Part shown: positions 19,419 to 30,029 of the stretch, piece after piece
Numbering within the stretch: the stretch's first letter is position 1
How the letters are laid out: each line of letters starts with the position of its first letter
NCBI GenBank assembly: GCA_041740355.1
Contig: JBGSMD010000016.1
Span: 1 to 64,000 of the forward strand
Direction of reading: 5' to 3'
DNA: 64,000 nucleotides
From: Bdellovibrionota bacterium
Lineage (GTDB): Bacteria > Bdellovibrionota_C > UBA2361 > CALJRW01
Notes under the pieces: generated by a model
Seen by the model: the letters and a program-made list of their open reading frames with translations, nothing else
Told to the model about the DNA's origin: nothing
Database searches by the model: none
Translations under genes and position numbers: made by a program

Positions 19419-19778
19419 CTATGTAAGCTGATCGTACTTTGATTTGTTGTTTAGGCTTTTATCAACAGGATATTTCTCCTGATTTTTTTGCATCTTTTGT
19501 TCAAAAGCATCTGCTAAGTCAATATTCAAATCTTTACAGATTATTAATAGCCAGTAAAAAATATCGGCCAGTTCATCGGCAACGTTGCTAGGATCTCTTT
19601 CAACCTCTGCTTGAAGTTCCTCTGAGGTTTTCCATTGAATCAGTTCTAATAGTTCTGCTGATTCCAAATTTAGTGAAATTAACATGTCTTTAATATTATG
19701 GAACTGCTTCCAGTTGCGGGCATTTCGAAACTCCTCAATCTGTTTGGTGAATTGCGCTAGTTGTATATTCTTGTCCAT
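19419..19778 (-). CDS. MazG-like nucleotide pyrophosphohydrolase
   Basis: RNWKQFH, ESAELLE..QW, DELADI, K...N..KYP. Confidence 0.9.
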   Translation of the reverse strand: MDKNIQLAQFTKQIEEFRNARNWKQFHNIKDMLISLNLESAELLELIQWKTSEELQAEVERDPSNVADELADIFYWLLIICKDLNIDLADAFEQKMQKNQEKYPVDKSLNNKSKYDQLT

Positions 19779-20415
19779 ATTTTTTTTTAATTAGTAGTAA
19801 TAAATCTTCCGCATTTTGACAAAATTGTAACTCTTCATTCAATATAGTTAAGTCAGCTAAGTCTTGATAGCGAGTCTCCCGTTCGTTAATAAGTAATTTT
19901 AACTGTTGTTTAATTTCTAGTGCGGTTGGAGTGTCTAATTCTTTTGGAAAATGATTATTCCAAAGAATTGGTCGAGGATTGGAACTATAACTAGAGATAA
20001 TTTTTTCTGTCTGCTCTGAACTGAGTTTCAAGTAGATCACTAAAAAATTTGATTTAACCTGATGAAGAGTTTTCGAAGAGCAGTAAATTAGACTTCCAGT
20101 CGAATCAAGGAGAGTAGGTAATTCACTAATTTTGGAACTTAGATCGAACATGTATTCGTTTTCTAAGTCTAGATAGATAGCTTCGCGCTGATTGAAGCCT
20201 GCCTGCCATGGAAATCCTAGCCACGTTCCTAAACATGAAATAATTTTCTCGTTAGAATCAATCTTCTGGAGAATATGCTCGCAGATAAGTTGATCGCAGG
20301 AAACAACCTGATAGTCTTTAGCGTGAAATTTTTCAGCCCAGAAAGATTTTCCAACCCCCGACATGCCAATTAAGCATAGTTTACTAAAGTTTTCTTTTTT
20401 ACTGCCGATAGACAT
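19735..20415 (-). CDS. Shikimate kinase-like P-loop kinase
   Basis: IGMSGVGKS, DSTGSL, RP, R...Y..LAD. Confidence 0.75.
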   Translation of the reverse strand: MSIGSKKENFSKLCLIGMSGVGKSFWAEKFHAKDYQVVSCDQLICEHILQKIDSNEKIISCLGTWLGFPWQAGFNQREAIYLDLENEYMFDLSSKISELPTLLDSTGSLIYCSSKTLHQVKSNFLVIYLKLSSEQTEKIISSYSSNPRPILWNNHFPKELDTPTALEIKQQLKLLINERETRYQDLADLTILNEELQFCQNAEDLLLLIKKKYGQEYTTSAIHQTD

Positions 20416-20769
20416 TTAGAAGTAAAGTTTCAAAGTTATTTAGAGTCATTTCCTTAGGGTTGTCCCTGAAAGGTGTTGATTCAAGTTACTAGTTATGGGT
20501 TAGTGGATTACCACTTACCTTTTCTATTGTAGCCGAGAGACAGACAATTCATAATGAATTGAATGTTTCTCGGGAGTTTAGAAAACATTATGCTAGTTAT
20601 AAATCTTTAAAGATTTTACTGAAAAAACATTACTGATTTGAACAAATTGTACACTTTTGTTGTACATTATTGTACGCATGACAATTTTTGTACTATTAAG
20701 AAGCTATCTCCGTACACCTAAATCTAGTTAAAACAACAAGTTATCCCCAATTAAAAGACTCCATCATTG

Positions 20770-20785
20770 TGGCATAATCCTTGCA
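20770..20785 (+). promoter_or_regulatory. Sigma54 (-24/-12) promoter upstream of the FliA-type sigma gene
   Basis: TGGCATAATCCTTGCA = GG-N10-GC, matching TGGCAC-N5-TTGCW; 52 bp before the ATG. Confidence 0.7.
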
Positions 20786-20837
20786 CTAATAAAAGTATAA
20801 TTCGCCGTAAGGTTTTAGGTTTTAAAAGGTTTTTGTC

Positions 20838-21596
20838 ATGTCAGCACTAACGCAGTTTAAAATTGAAGATTATTTAAGTTTTAGTCCGCTAGAACAAGAA
20901 GAGATCATCAAGTCATATATTCCACTTGTTAAAAGAGTAGTTCATCGTTTAGCAGGACGATTACCAAAAGATGTCGATTTAAAAGAAATGCTGAATTCTG
21001 GTCTAATTGGACTGGTTGATGCATTAGAAAAATTTGATTCTGCTAAAGAGACAAGTTTTGCAACATATGCGCAGTTTCGTATCCGTGGAGCAATCTTAGA
21101 TAGTTTTAGAGCTCAGGATTGGATGCCTCGTTCGATTAGAGCAAGAGCTAACCAAATTGAAAAGGCTTATAAACTTGTAGAGCAAAAATTAGGTCGAGCC
21201 GCTAGTGACAAGGAAGTTGCTGGAGAGCTTGGATTAAATTTAGAAGATTTTAGAGCTCAACTTGGTCAGGTAAGTAATGCTGTAATGTATAGTTTTGAAG
21301 AAATTGGGTTTGGTCATGGAGATGATCGTTTCCAGTCAGAATACTCGGCAAAAATTAATCAGGATCCAGCGGATCGCATGATTTCTAAACAAAGAGTAGA
21401 ATTACTAGCTAGAGCATTAGACCGCCTAACTTACAAAGAAAGATTAGTAGTTACTTTACACTTCTATGAAGAGTTAAGCTTAAAAGAAATTGGGGATATT
21501 TTAGAACTTACTGAGTCTCGTATTTCTCAAATTAGAACTAGAGCATTAATTCGTTTGAAAAACTGCTTACATACAGTAGTTCGCGGCGAAGCTTAG
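20838..21596 (+). CDS. fliA: FliA/WhiG family RNA polymerase sigma factor
   Basis: YIPLVKRVV, G.IGLVDA..KFD, F.TYA..RIRGAILD..R..DW.PRS, LTESRISQI. Confidence 0.92.
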   Translation: MSALTQFKIEDYLSFSPLEQEEIIKSYIPLVKRVVHRLAGRLPKDVDLKEMLNSGLIGLVDALEKFDSAKETSFATYAQFRIRGAILDSFRAQDWMPRSIRARANQIEKAYKLVEQKLGRAASDKEVAGELGLNLEDFRAQLGQVSNAVMYSFEEIGFGHGDDRFQSEYSAKINQDPADRMISKQRVELLARALDRLTYKERLVVTLHFYEELSLKEIGDILELTESRISQIRTRALIRLKNCLHTVVRGEA

Positions 21597-21642
21597 GCTC
21601 AAGTAGGTTCCAAATCTAAAAATCTTGTGGCAAGATTAGCCA

Positions 21643-22332
21643 ATGTCTATATGTTGGCTAATCTTATTTGTTTGTTTGTTCCTGCCATTAAACTCACCTC
21701 AGGCAGAGAATTCCTCACAAGTGTGGTCAATCTTAAATTTTGATTTACCAATTCTTGAAAATCAAGATCAGTATCGATTATATCTCGAAACCCAACCTCG
21801 TTATAATTTATCAGAGCACCGAAACGAACGATTTTTCTTGAATTCCGCATTGGGCTATCGTTTGAATTCAAAGTTTTCGATTTGGTTGGGTTATCTTTGG
21901 AATACTACTGGATTCCGCTTGGAAGATGGCGATCGCCTGCAAGAAAATCGTCCATGGCAACAAATCAATTATTCAGAGACTTATCGTCAATTAGCCATTG
22001 GGCATCGCCTGCGCTTTGAGCAGCGGATGATTGAAGATCAGGATTCCACCATCTATCGACTGCGCTATCAAATTCGTGCTAGTCACCCTTTGTTAAGCTT
22101 TCAACAAAAGACTCTGGGCCTAACATTAGCTGATGAGGTAGTTTATAATTTTAGTAATCCTTCCATTGTTGGAAATTCTGGTTGGACTAGAAATCGCATC
22201 TTTTTTGGACCTTATCTGACTGGTAAAAATTATCGCCTGGAAATTGGCTACCAAAATGAAAGAATTCGGATTGACGATAACTGGAATCGGAATAATCATA
22301 TACTTCTAACCTCACTAAGTTTTGTTTATTAA
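21643..22332 (+). CDS. DUF2490-like outer membrane beta-barrel protein
   Basis: Signal peptide, ENRPWQQ, HRLRFEQR, RLRYQ, NR.F.G, C-terminal aromatic residue. Confidence 0.8.
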   Translation: MSICWLILFVCLFLPLNSPQAENSSQVWSILNFDLPILENQDQYRLYLETQPRYNLSEHRNERFFLNSALGYRLNSKFSIWLGYLWNTTGFRLEDGDRLQENRPWQQINYSETYRQLAIGHRLRFEQRMIEDQDSTIYRLRYQIRASHPLLSFQQKTLGLTLADEVVYNFSNPSIVGNSGWTRNRIFFGPYLTGKNYRLEIGYQNERIRIDDNWNRNNHILLTSLSFVY

Positions 22333-22338
22333 TGATTT

Positions 22339-23406
22339 ATGTCCGATTTTCAAGTAATCCTTCAGGCCTTTAATCATCCCTTTTCTAAATCTACCAATGT
22401 GCGGGCAATTAAAATTGGTATTATCAACGATACATTTATCGTTAGTGACTCAAAACATAAATTTATCTTACAAAAGATTAATCATCACGTTTTCCTAAAT
22501 ATTCCTGAGCTGATGTCCAATATTCGTTTGGTCTTATCTCATATTCAAACTATCCTTAAGCCTTCCGATCAAGATCGCTATCCTACATTAATAGCCACTA
22601 GAAATGGGGAGGACTTTTTTGTTGATCAAGAAGAGAATTATTGGAGACTAATGACGCTGGTTGATGAGACTAGTAGTAGTTATATTTGTGATTCAGTTAA
22701 TGCTGCGGAAGAGGCCGCTCGTTCTTTAGCACGATTCCAAAGATACCTTGCTCCGCTTAATCAAGCAGATTTCTTTATTACTATTAAAAACTTTCACGAT
22801 ATTAAATCTCGTTTGGAACAATTAAAATTAGCCGTAGCTGCTGATGCTTATGGATTATTAGGGAAAATCAAGCATGACATTGATTTTCTACTTGGCTTAG
22901 AGCCATGGATTAATAATGTAGTAGATATTTTGGAACAAACTCCCAATCGAATTGTTCATAACGATCTAAAATTTAATAATATTCTATTTAACGATCAGCG
23001 TCAGGCAGTTTGTTTAGTTGATTATGATACTATTATGCCCGGGAAAATTGCTTATGATTTCGGAGAACTGGCTCGCACTGTTGCCTGTAATTTAGTGGAA
23101 GATGATCCTCATTATTTAGATGTTAAAGTACGAAAAGAATATTTTGTAACTTTATTTAAAGCCTATCATCAAGAGACTAAGCAAGTCTTAGACTCTAATG
23201 AAATTGAATCTATTGCTTATGCGCCGAGTTACATGACCTTAATTCTGGCTATTCGTTTTTTGGCGGATTATCTAAATGGTAGCAAGTATTTCAAAGTTGA
23301 CTATGCTGAGCACAATCGCGATCGAGGCCTTAATCAGCTTTATCTTTTCAAGGAATTTCATGCGCTGGAATCTGAGTTTTTACGTGAGATTGGGATGACT
23401 CGTTAA
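22339..23406 (+). CDS. Aminoglycoside phosphotransferase-like kinase (N-acetylhexosamine kinase-like)
   Basis: G.INDT, LQKIN..VF, HNDLKFNN, DYDTIMPG...YDFG, RFLADYLNG..YF. Confidence 0.85.
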   Translation: MSDFQVILQAFNHPFSKSTNVRAIKIGIINDTFIVSDSKHKFILQKINHHVFLNIPELMSNIRLVLSHIQTILKPSDQDRYPTLIATRNGEDFFVDQEENYWRLMTLVDETSSSYICDSVNAAEEAARSLARFQRYLAPLNQADFFITIKNFHDIKSRLEQLKLAVAADAYGLLGKIKHDIDFLLGLEPWINNVVDILEQTPNRIVHNDLKFNNILFNDQRQAVCLVDYDTIMPGKIAYDFGELARTVACNLVEDDPHYLDVKVRKEYFVTLFKAYHQETKQVLDSNEIESIAYAPSYMTLILAIRFLADYLNGSKYFKVDYAEHNRDRGLNQLYLFKEFHALESEFLREIGMTR

Positions 23407-23870
23407 TCTGTAAATCCATTTTTGACCCAATCTGGGATTTATTCGTTCATTTTTAAAAATCCAAGTTTTTTCTCCAGCATTATTTCTATTGAATCTTCTA
23501 GATCCTCTGAAGTAAAACTTCGCTTAGGGATAATAATTTTCTCAAATAAATATGCAAGCAATATTAGACATAGCTCATAATAAAAAGAAAATGGTTTTTT
23601 GCTCAGTATTGATTATCGGCACTAAAAAATAGCGAGTCGATACTAGTGTTGTTTCGAGGTTAGAAATAAGGATTTATTAGCTGAGTAAGTTCAGTCTTTT
23701 AAAGTGAATCTAAGGGTAATTTTCCTTTCATCGGATGTAATAAACGCATAAACCAAGAAATCTGAAATGAATGTATAATTCTCTTGTTTTTGATGCTTTC
23801 CCTGCCTTGTATTAGCGCCTAGCATAGGATATAAATAGCTAAATTCCTGCTTTAATTTAAAGATACCCGA

Positions 23871-24938
23871 ATGTTGTCACTTAAATACAATAATGTTCGC
23901 ATTGAGTCCTATGCGTTCAATCGCCCCCAAATCAAAGTAACCAGCGCTGAAATTGAAGATCGACTTGCTCCAATCTATCAAAGATACTCTGTTCCATTTG
24001 GCACTTTAGAAAGATTAAGTGGCATCACGGAAAGAGGGTTCTTTGAAAAGGGAACTCGCCCAAGTCAGATTGCAACAGCTGCAGCTAAAGAAGCGATTGA
24101 AAAATCAGGTATCGCCATGGAAGATATTGGAGCAATTATTAATTGTTCAGTTACGCGAGATTTTTTCGAGCCAGCAACTGCAATCCTTGTCCACCGTAAT
24201 TTAGGAATGAAAGAAGAAGTTTTGGCATTTGATATTACCAATGCCTGTATTGGATTTTCCAATGGAATGATGTTGATTGCCAACATGATTGAGTCGGGAG
24301 TTATCAAAGCTGGTCTTGTAACTTCTGGTGAAAATATGGCACCGATTACAGATACAACATTTAAGAAGCTCTTAGAAGAAGATAGCTCGCATCTTACTCG
24401 TTCTGAGTTTGTTAAAATGTTACCAACCTTCACTTTAGGTAGTGGCGGGGTAGCTATGGTTCTTTGTCATCAGGATATTGCTACTCAAAATCACCGCTTA
24501 GTTGCCAGTCATCCACGCAGCGCCAGTGAGCATGCCGATCTTTGCATCGGAAATGGTGATTTCTGCTTTACTCAAGCAGAAGGCTTAGATCCTTTAATGG
24601 AAACAGAATCTCAAAAGTTAATTGCAGCAGCGGCAAAACTTGGGGCTCGCGCTTGGCCGGAATTTTCAGAATTATCAGGTTGGACTGCTGATGAACTAGA
24701 TCATATTGTTTGTCATCAAATTGGTAAGCAGGTAAATGCCAGCTTTTATGGAGTTCAGGGACTTCCTCACGATCGTGAACATTTGTCATATCCAGAATAT
24801 GGAAACTTAGTTTCTGCTGCCTTGCCTTCAGCCTTAATTATGGCTGCTGAAAATAATAAATTTATGACCGGTGACAAAATTCTACTGACTGCCTATGGCA
24901 GTGGTCTTAATACAATTTTTTCTGGTATTATTTGGTGA
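23871..24938 (+). CDS. oleA: OleA acyl-CoA:acyl-CoA condensing enzyme (KAS III/thiolase fold)
   Basis: EPATA, FDITNAC, TLGSG, HQ.G, YGN, GSGLN; followed by oleBC and oleD. Confidence 0.88.
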   Translation: MLSLKYNNVRIESYAFNRPQIKVTSAEIEDRLAPIYQRYSVPFGTLERLSGITERGFFEKGTRPSQIATAAAKEAIEKSGIAMEDIGAIINCSVTRDFFEPATAILVHRNLGMKEEVLAFDITNACIGFSNGMMLIANMIESGVIKAGLVTSGENMAPITDTTFKKLLEEDSSHLTRSEFVKMLPTFTLGSGGVAMVLCHQDIATQNHRLVASHPRSASEHADLCIGNGDFCFTQAEGLDPLMETESQKLIAAAAKLGARAWPEFSELSGWTADELDHIVCHQIGKQVNASFYGVQGLPHDREHLSYPEYGNLVSAALPSALIMAAENNKFMTGDKILLTAYGSGLNTIFSGIIW

Positions 24939-27514
24939 ACCAACAAGAAATCGATCTGCTAAAGCAGCATTATCCTTTTCCATCAAAATTTCTTACAATT
25001 GCCGGACATCAAATGCATTACATTGATGTAGGTTCCGGTCCGGTTGTAATTTTATTACATGGAAATCCAACCTGGGGGTTTTACTATCGGGAGTTAGTAA
25101 AAACTTTACAAGAACAGTATCGGGTCATTGTCCCTGACTTTCTGGGAATGGGTTTATCTGATCATCCAACAGATGCGAGCTTTCGCTCCGTAGATCGAAT
25201 TGCCCATATGCAAGAATTTATTGATACTTTGGAAATTAAAAACTTTTCCTTGGTGATGCATGATTGGGGAGGCTCAATTGGATCGGGATTAGCAATCCGT
25301 AATTTAGAACGCCTAGAGCGAATTGTTTATCTAAATACTACTTTAACTGTTACCGAAAGCTTACCGCTGATTATTAAGCGCGCTACTAAACCATTGATTG
25401 GAAATTTCCTAACCCAGCGAACCAGACATTTTTTAAAGTTAACTACTGAGGTTGGTGTTGCTAAAAAATTACCTAAGGAAATCAAGAAGTGTTATTTGTT
25501 ACCTTATAAAACAAGAGCACGTCGTAAAGCAATTTGGGATTTTGTTGCCGATATTCCTTTTGATAGTCAACACCCAAGTTATCCGGCGATGCTTGATTTA
25601 GCAGAAAAAATTGGGACTTTAGCTAAGATTCCAGTACAGATTATTTGGGGATTAAAAGATCCCTGTTTCCATCGTGAGATGCTAAACAACGTAGCCGCAC
25701 TTTTCCCACAGTCTCGTGTATTGGAAATTCCCGATGCCTCACACTTAGTCTTGGAAGATGCCGAAGAAATTACCTGTAAGACAATTAAAAATTTTTTAGC
25801 GATGTCTTATGAAGAAGCTATTCAGCCGATTTATTCGGATGATGCCTCCACGGAAACACCAGAACATATTAATACTTTTTTTAGATCTTTCACTGCTAAC
25901 GTTAAAAAGCAGCCCTATACTTATGCGGCCATTGAGCCGAGTTTTTTAATCGATGATTTAAAATATCGTCAGATTAATTTTAAAGATCTAGCTAAAACTG
26001 TCAATAAATATCAACGTGGTCTCAGTGAGTTAGGCTTAAAAGCAGGGGACAAGGTTTTGATGTTAGTACCTCCGGGAATTAATTTCTTAACGCTTAGTTA
26101 TGCGGTAATGGGGAGAGGGGCTGTGCCTGTTTTTCTTGATCCGGGAATGGGGAAAGAGAAGTTAATCAAATGTATCGAGGAGTTAAAACCAGACGTACTA
26201 ATTGGTTCACTTAAAGCGGAAGTTTTTAGATTCTTAAAACCAAAAATATTTTCAACTGTTAAGTTTAGAATCGTAGCTTGTGAATGGTTCCTTGGAAGGG
26301 CCTATTCCTTATCTTACTTAAAAAAGTTTGCGGAACAGAGTATCCCAGCGATTGGTAATCCTGATCAAACAGTCTTAGTTGCATATACCTCTGGTGCTAC
26401 AGGACGTCCTAAAGGTGTTGTCTATGATAACCAAATGGTTGATGCTCAATTAAAAATATTCAGAGAGCAACTTGGTATAGAAGCAGGAAAAAAGGATTTA
26501 CCGTTATTACCAATTTTTGCCTTGTTTAATTTAGCACTCGGTGTGACCAGCGTAATCCCTCCACTAAATCCAGCTAAGCCATTGGATTTAGATCCCAGAA
26601 AAATTACCCAAATTATTAATGATTTAGGAATAAATTATTCTTTTGGTTCACCTACACTGTGGCGTAAAATTGCCGAGTATTCTTTTCGTTCCAGGCAGAA
26701 GTTATTTTCCCTAGAGAAAATTTTTATGGCTGGTGCGCCGGTTCCAAAAAGTACTGTGGAGTTACTAAAAGATATCGTTCCAAATGGCGAGTCTTATACA
26801 CCTTATGGTGCAACGGAAGCTTTGCCAGTTACATTAATCAGTGGACAAGAGATTATTAATGCCAAACGAATTGCAGCTAAATCTAGTGAGCTAGGAACAT
26901 TAGTTGGCCGACAGGTTCAGGGCATCGAGCTTAAAATTATTGCCAGACGCTCTGAACAAACAACTAACTATAGCGAGCTTCGAGAATTGCCTGCCTTGGA
27001 GATTGGAGAAATTCTTGTTTCTGGTGATAACGTTAGTAAGCAGTACTTCGAACTGCCGGAAGTAAATCAAAAATCAAAAATTTTTGATGGTGCTAAGTTA
27101 TGGCATGTAATCGGAGATTTAGGTTATCTTGATGAACAACAAAATTTGTATTTTTGTGGACGTACTGCGCATATCGTCGAGTATCAAGGGACAACATACT
27201 ACAGCGAACCTTGTGAGATCCCTTTTAATTTACATCCTAAAGTCGCGAGGAGCGCTTTAGTTAAGCTTAGTTCTGGTGAACCTGCAATTGTGATTGAGCC
27301 ACTCCCGCAATATTATCCTGACACTAGTGATAAAAAAGCTGCTTTTGTAAGGGATTTAAAAGTTATTTCGGGAGAGCATTCCTTCACTAAACATATTAAT
27401 CGCTACTTTTTTCACATTGCTTTTCCGGTAGATCCTCGACATAACGCTAAGATTTTTAGGGATCAATTAGGTGTCTGGGCTAGTAAGCAAGAAGCTAATT
27501 TAAAAGAACTTTAA
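24932..27514 (+). CDS. oleBC: Fused OleB (alpha/beta hydrolase) - OleC (AMP-dependent ligase)
   Basis: N-terminal HGNPTW, HDWGG, WGLKDPCF, HLVLED; C-terminal YTSGATGRPKG, TPYGATE, GD.GY, FCGR, FPVDPRHNAKI. Confidence 0.88.
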   Translation: MVNQQEIDLLKQHYPFPSKFLTIAGHQMHYIDVGSGPVVILLHGNPTWGFYYRELVKTLQEQYRVIVPDFLGMGLSDHPTDASFRSVDRIAHMQEFIDTLEIKNFSLVMHDWGGSIGSGLAIRNLERLERIVYLNTTLTVTESLPLIIKRATKPLIGNFLTQRTRHFLKLTTEVGVAKKLPKEIKKCYLLPYKTRARRKAIWDFVADIPFDSQHPSYPAMLDLAEKIGTLAKIPVQIIWGLKDPCFHREMLNNVAALFPQSRVLEIPDASHLVLEDAEEITCKTIKNFLAMSYEEAIQPIYSDDASTETPEHINTFFRSFTANVKKQPYTYAAIEPSFLIDDLKYRQINFKDLAKTVNKYQRGLSELGLKAGDKVLMLVPPGINFLTLSYAVMGRGAVPVFLDPGMGKEKLIKCIEELKPDVLIGSLKAEVFRFLKPKIFSTVKFRIVACEWFLGRAYSLSYLKKFAEQSIPAIGNPDQTVLVAYTSGATGRPKGVVYDNQMVDAQLKIFREQLGIEAGKKDLPLLPIFALFNLALGVTSVIPPLNPAKPLDLDPRKITQIINDLGINYSFGSPTLWRKIAEYSFRSRQKLFSLEKIFMAGAPVPKSTVELLKDIVPNGESYTPYGATEALPVTLISGQEIINAKRIAAKSSELGTLVGRQVQGIELKIIARRSEQTTNYSELRELPALEIGEILVSGDNVSKQYFELPEVNQKSKIFDGAKLWHVIGDLGYLDEQQNLYFCGRTAHIVEYQGTTYYSEPCEIPFNLHPKVARSALVKLSSGEPAIVIEPLPQYYPDTSDKKAAFVRDLKVISGEHSFTKHINRYFFHIAFPVDPRHNAKIFRDQLGVWASKQEANLKEL

Positions 27515-28509
27515 TGGCTAAGATTCTTGTTACAGGAGGTAGCGGTTTTGTCGGGCAAGCTTTGGCTATTGCTTTAGTGGAACAAGGTCACCAAGTAATA
27601 GCCGTTAGCCGCAAGCCCAATCAAAAATTAATTCAGTTCGGAATTGAATTAGTCTCTTGTGACTTAGCAAAAAAAGATGAGATTGAATCTATTTCGCTTG
27701 CTGGTATTGAGACAATTTTTCACACCGCTGCCTATGTAAAAATGTGGGGCAAATACCAAGATTTTTACAAAACTAATTATCTGGGTACTAAATATTTATT
27801 AGAAAAAGCAAAAGCTAATAATATTAAGAAATTTATTTATACTAGTTCTCCCAGTGTAATTGCCGATGGTAAAGATTTACAAGGCGTTAATGAAGCCTAC
27901 TCTTATCCCAGAAAGTATAAAGCTTATTATCCTCAAACCAAATCCTTAGCAGAAAGATTTGTCTTAGCTAATAATTCTAAAGATTTTAAAACTTTGTCTT
28001 TAAGGCCACATTTAATTTGGGGACCAGGGGATACTAATTTAATTCCAACAATATTGGCTAAAGCCAAATCTGGTAAACTAAAAATAATTGGAACAGGGAA
28101 AAATAAAGTTGATCTTTGTTTTATAGAAGATTGTATTTCGGCACACCTCTGTGCCTATCAAGCTTTGGATATTAACCCGAAGTCCTCCGGTAAGGCTTAT
28201 TTCATTAGCCAAGGAGAACCGGTAGTGCTTTGGGATTGGATTAACGAAGTTTTAGAATTAAATAATTTACCAAAAGTTACTACCAAGATCCCCTTTAAAC
28301 TTGCTTATAGTATAGCTACAATTTTAGAAATGATTGCCCGAGTTGTTCCTAATGCTCCCGAGCCATTACTCACCAGATTCTTAGTCTCTGAAATGGCGAC
28401 TGATCATTATTTTGATTTATCAAGGGCAAAAGAACTTCTTGGATTTGAGCCGAAATATTCAATCAAGACTGGAATGGAAAAAACTTTTGGTAATTCTAAG
28501 CAGAATTAG
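27514..28509 (+). CDS. oleD: OleD NAD(P)-dependent reductase (3-beta-HSD family)
   Basis: TGGSGFVG, YTSSPSV, YPQTK, LRPHLIWGPGD. Confidence 0.88.
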   Translation: MAKILVTGGSGFVGQALAIALVEQGHQVIAVSRKPNQKLIQFGIELVSCDLAKKDEIESISLAGIETIFHTAAYVKMWGKYQDFYKTNYLGTKYLLEKAKANNIKKFIYTSSPSVIADGKDLQGVNEAYSYPRKYKAYYPQTKSLAERFVLANNSKDFKTLSLRPHLIWGPGDTNLIPTILAKAKSGKLKIIGTGKNKVDLCFIEDCISAHLCAYQALDINPKSSGKAYFISQGEPVVLWDWINEVLELNNLPKVTTKIPFKLAYSIATILEMIARVVPNAPEPLLTRFLVSEMATDHYFDLSRAKELLGFEPKYSIKTGMEKTFGNSKQN

Positions 28510-28694
28510 TTAATAAGTATTTGAAATTAATGCTTAATAGCGGCGTAAGACATTGATTTACTTATGTAATCTTCCCAGAAACAAGAATTCATTATTCCTC
28601 AAAATTTCTTACTCTAGAAAAAAAGTATTAATGTAATGGCAGGATAGTGACGAATTAATAGTTAAATCAATATACTAATACTTATTAAAATAGC

Positions 28695-29294
28695 ATGGTT
28701 TATTATCTATCTACTAAACTAAAAGGGTTCAGCCTTGTTGAGCTTATGTTTAGTATCGCTGTCGCTGGAGTATTATCCAGTATGTCCATGGCTATTTTTA
28801 CGAAATACAAAGATAAAGCCTACCAAACTGAACTTGTGATGGCAATGAGAGATTTAGCTACTGCTTCAGAAGCAACATACTTTGAGATAGATGCTGCAAT
28901 GAATGCGGATTCACAGGGAGGAGGATCCTCTGCTAGATACTCAGTATCAAATCAAGGAACTTCTGATGTGCTTCAGATAACAAATCAATTTGATCCAAGT
29001 ATAAAGATTGGGGAGGAATTACTTTCGCACCTAACAAAAAATGGCAATATGCAATTCTCAATGTACTACTGGAGAGCGGACACTGGTTCTGGCGGTGGTA
29101 ATGCCGTTTATCTCTGGAAAGTATATTACGCCTCTACTTGCAAGACTAGTATAGGGGCAGGAAATTCTATGTCTTACGCCGAATTGGATGTATTTTTTCA
29201 ATCACGATCTGAGGTAAGCCCTACTGTAATTAATAATGGTAAAAATCTTACATATAGTCCAATGTTTGGTATAGGAGGTACAAGTTGTTTATAA
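28695..29294 (+). CDS. Prepilin-type (type IV pilin-like) protein
   Basis: KG/FSLVEL class III signal, hydrophobic helix, C-terminal Cys pair. Confidence 0.87.
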   Translation: MVYYLSTKLKGFSLVELMFSIAVAGVLSSMSMAIFTKYKDKAYQTELVMAMRDLATASEATYFEIDAAMNADSQGGGSSARYSVSNQGTSDVLQITNQFDPSIKIGEELLSHLTKNGNMQFSMYYWRADTGSGGGNAVYLWKVYYASTCKTSIGAGNSMSYAELDVFFQSRSEVSPTVINNGKNLTYSPMFGIGGTSCL

Positions 29295-29390
29295 AATTTA
29301 ACAAACTAAATTTTGAGAGAGCTTATTCTATTATTAAAAAGTTTAAAAATCAGAAAGGATTTCTCTGATATTTCATCCACTGAAAATAAG

Positions 29391-29603
29391 TTAGAATCCA
29401 AATTTATTAATTAGATATTTGCCTTTATCTCCAAGCTTATCTTATAATTTTTCTTTAACTTTCTAATCAATTGCATTAGTTGCAACAAGTTAAATTAAGC
29501 GTTTTAAGTTAGGTGCAATTATCAGATTCTGCGTGGTACGTTTAATGATTAATGGTAAAACTAATTGATCATTTGTATCTAGTACATGTTTCAGTTCTTT
29601 GGT
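29391..29603 (-). pseudogene. Decayed copy of the asmA-like gene 3' end
   Basis: Colinear with 30167-30379; translates KHVLDTNDQLVLPLIIKRTTQNL...NKFGF with three in-frame stops. Confidence 0.85.
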
Positions 29604-30029
29604 GGTAGTGGTTTTGTAGGACATGCCTTAGCTATTGGCTTAGTTCAGCAAGGACATCAAGTTATTGCGGTTAGTCGCAAACCGAATCAAAAATTAATTC
29701 AGTATGGAATTGAGCTAGTTTCTTGTGACTTAGCTAAAAGGGATGAGATTGAATCTCTATCACTGTCCGGTGTGGAAACAATTTTTCATACTGCCGCCTA
29801 TGTAAAAATGTGGGGCAAATACCAAGATTTTTACAGAACTAATTATTTAGGTACTAAATATTTGCTGGAAAAAGCAAAAACCAATCATGTAAAGAAGTTT
29901 GTTTATACCAGTTCTCCTAGCGTGATTGCAGATGGTAAAGATTTGCAAGGAATCAACAAAACATACCCTTACCATCTGAAATACAAAGCTTACTATCCAC
30001 AAACTAAATCATTAGCTGAAAGATTTGTC
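29604..30029 (+). pseudogene. Truncated second oleD fragment
   Basis: 426 bp colinear with 27538-27963; the ORF-track ends (MFQFF, PLNP...) come from unrelated flanking DNA. Confidence 0.9.
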
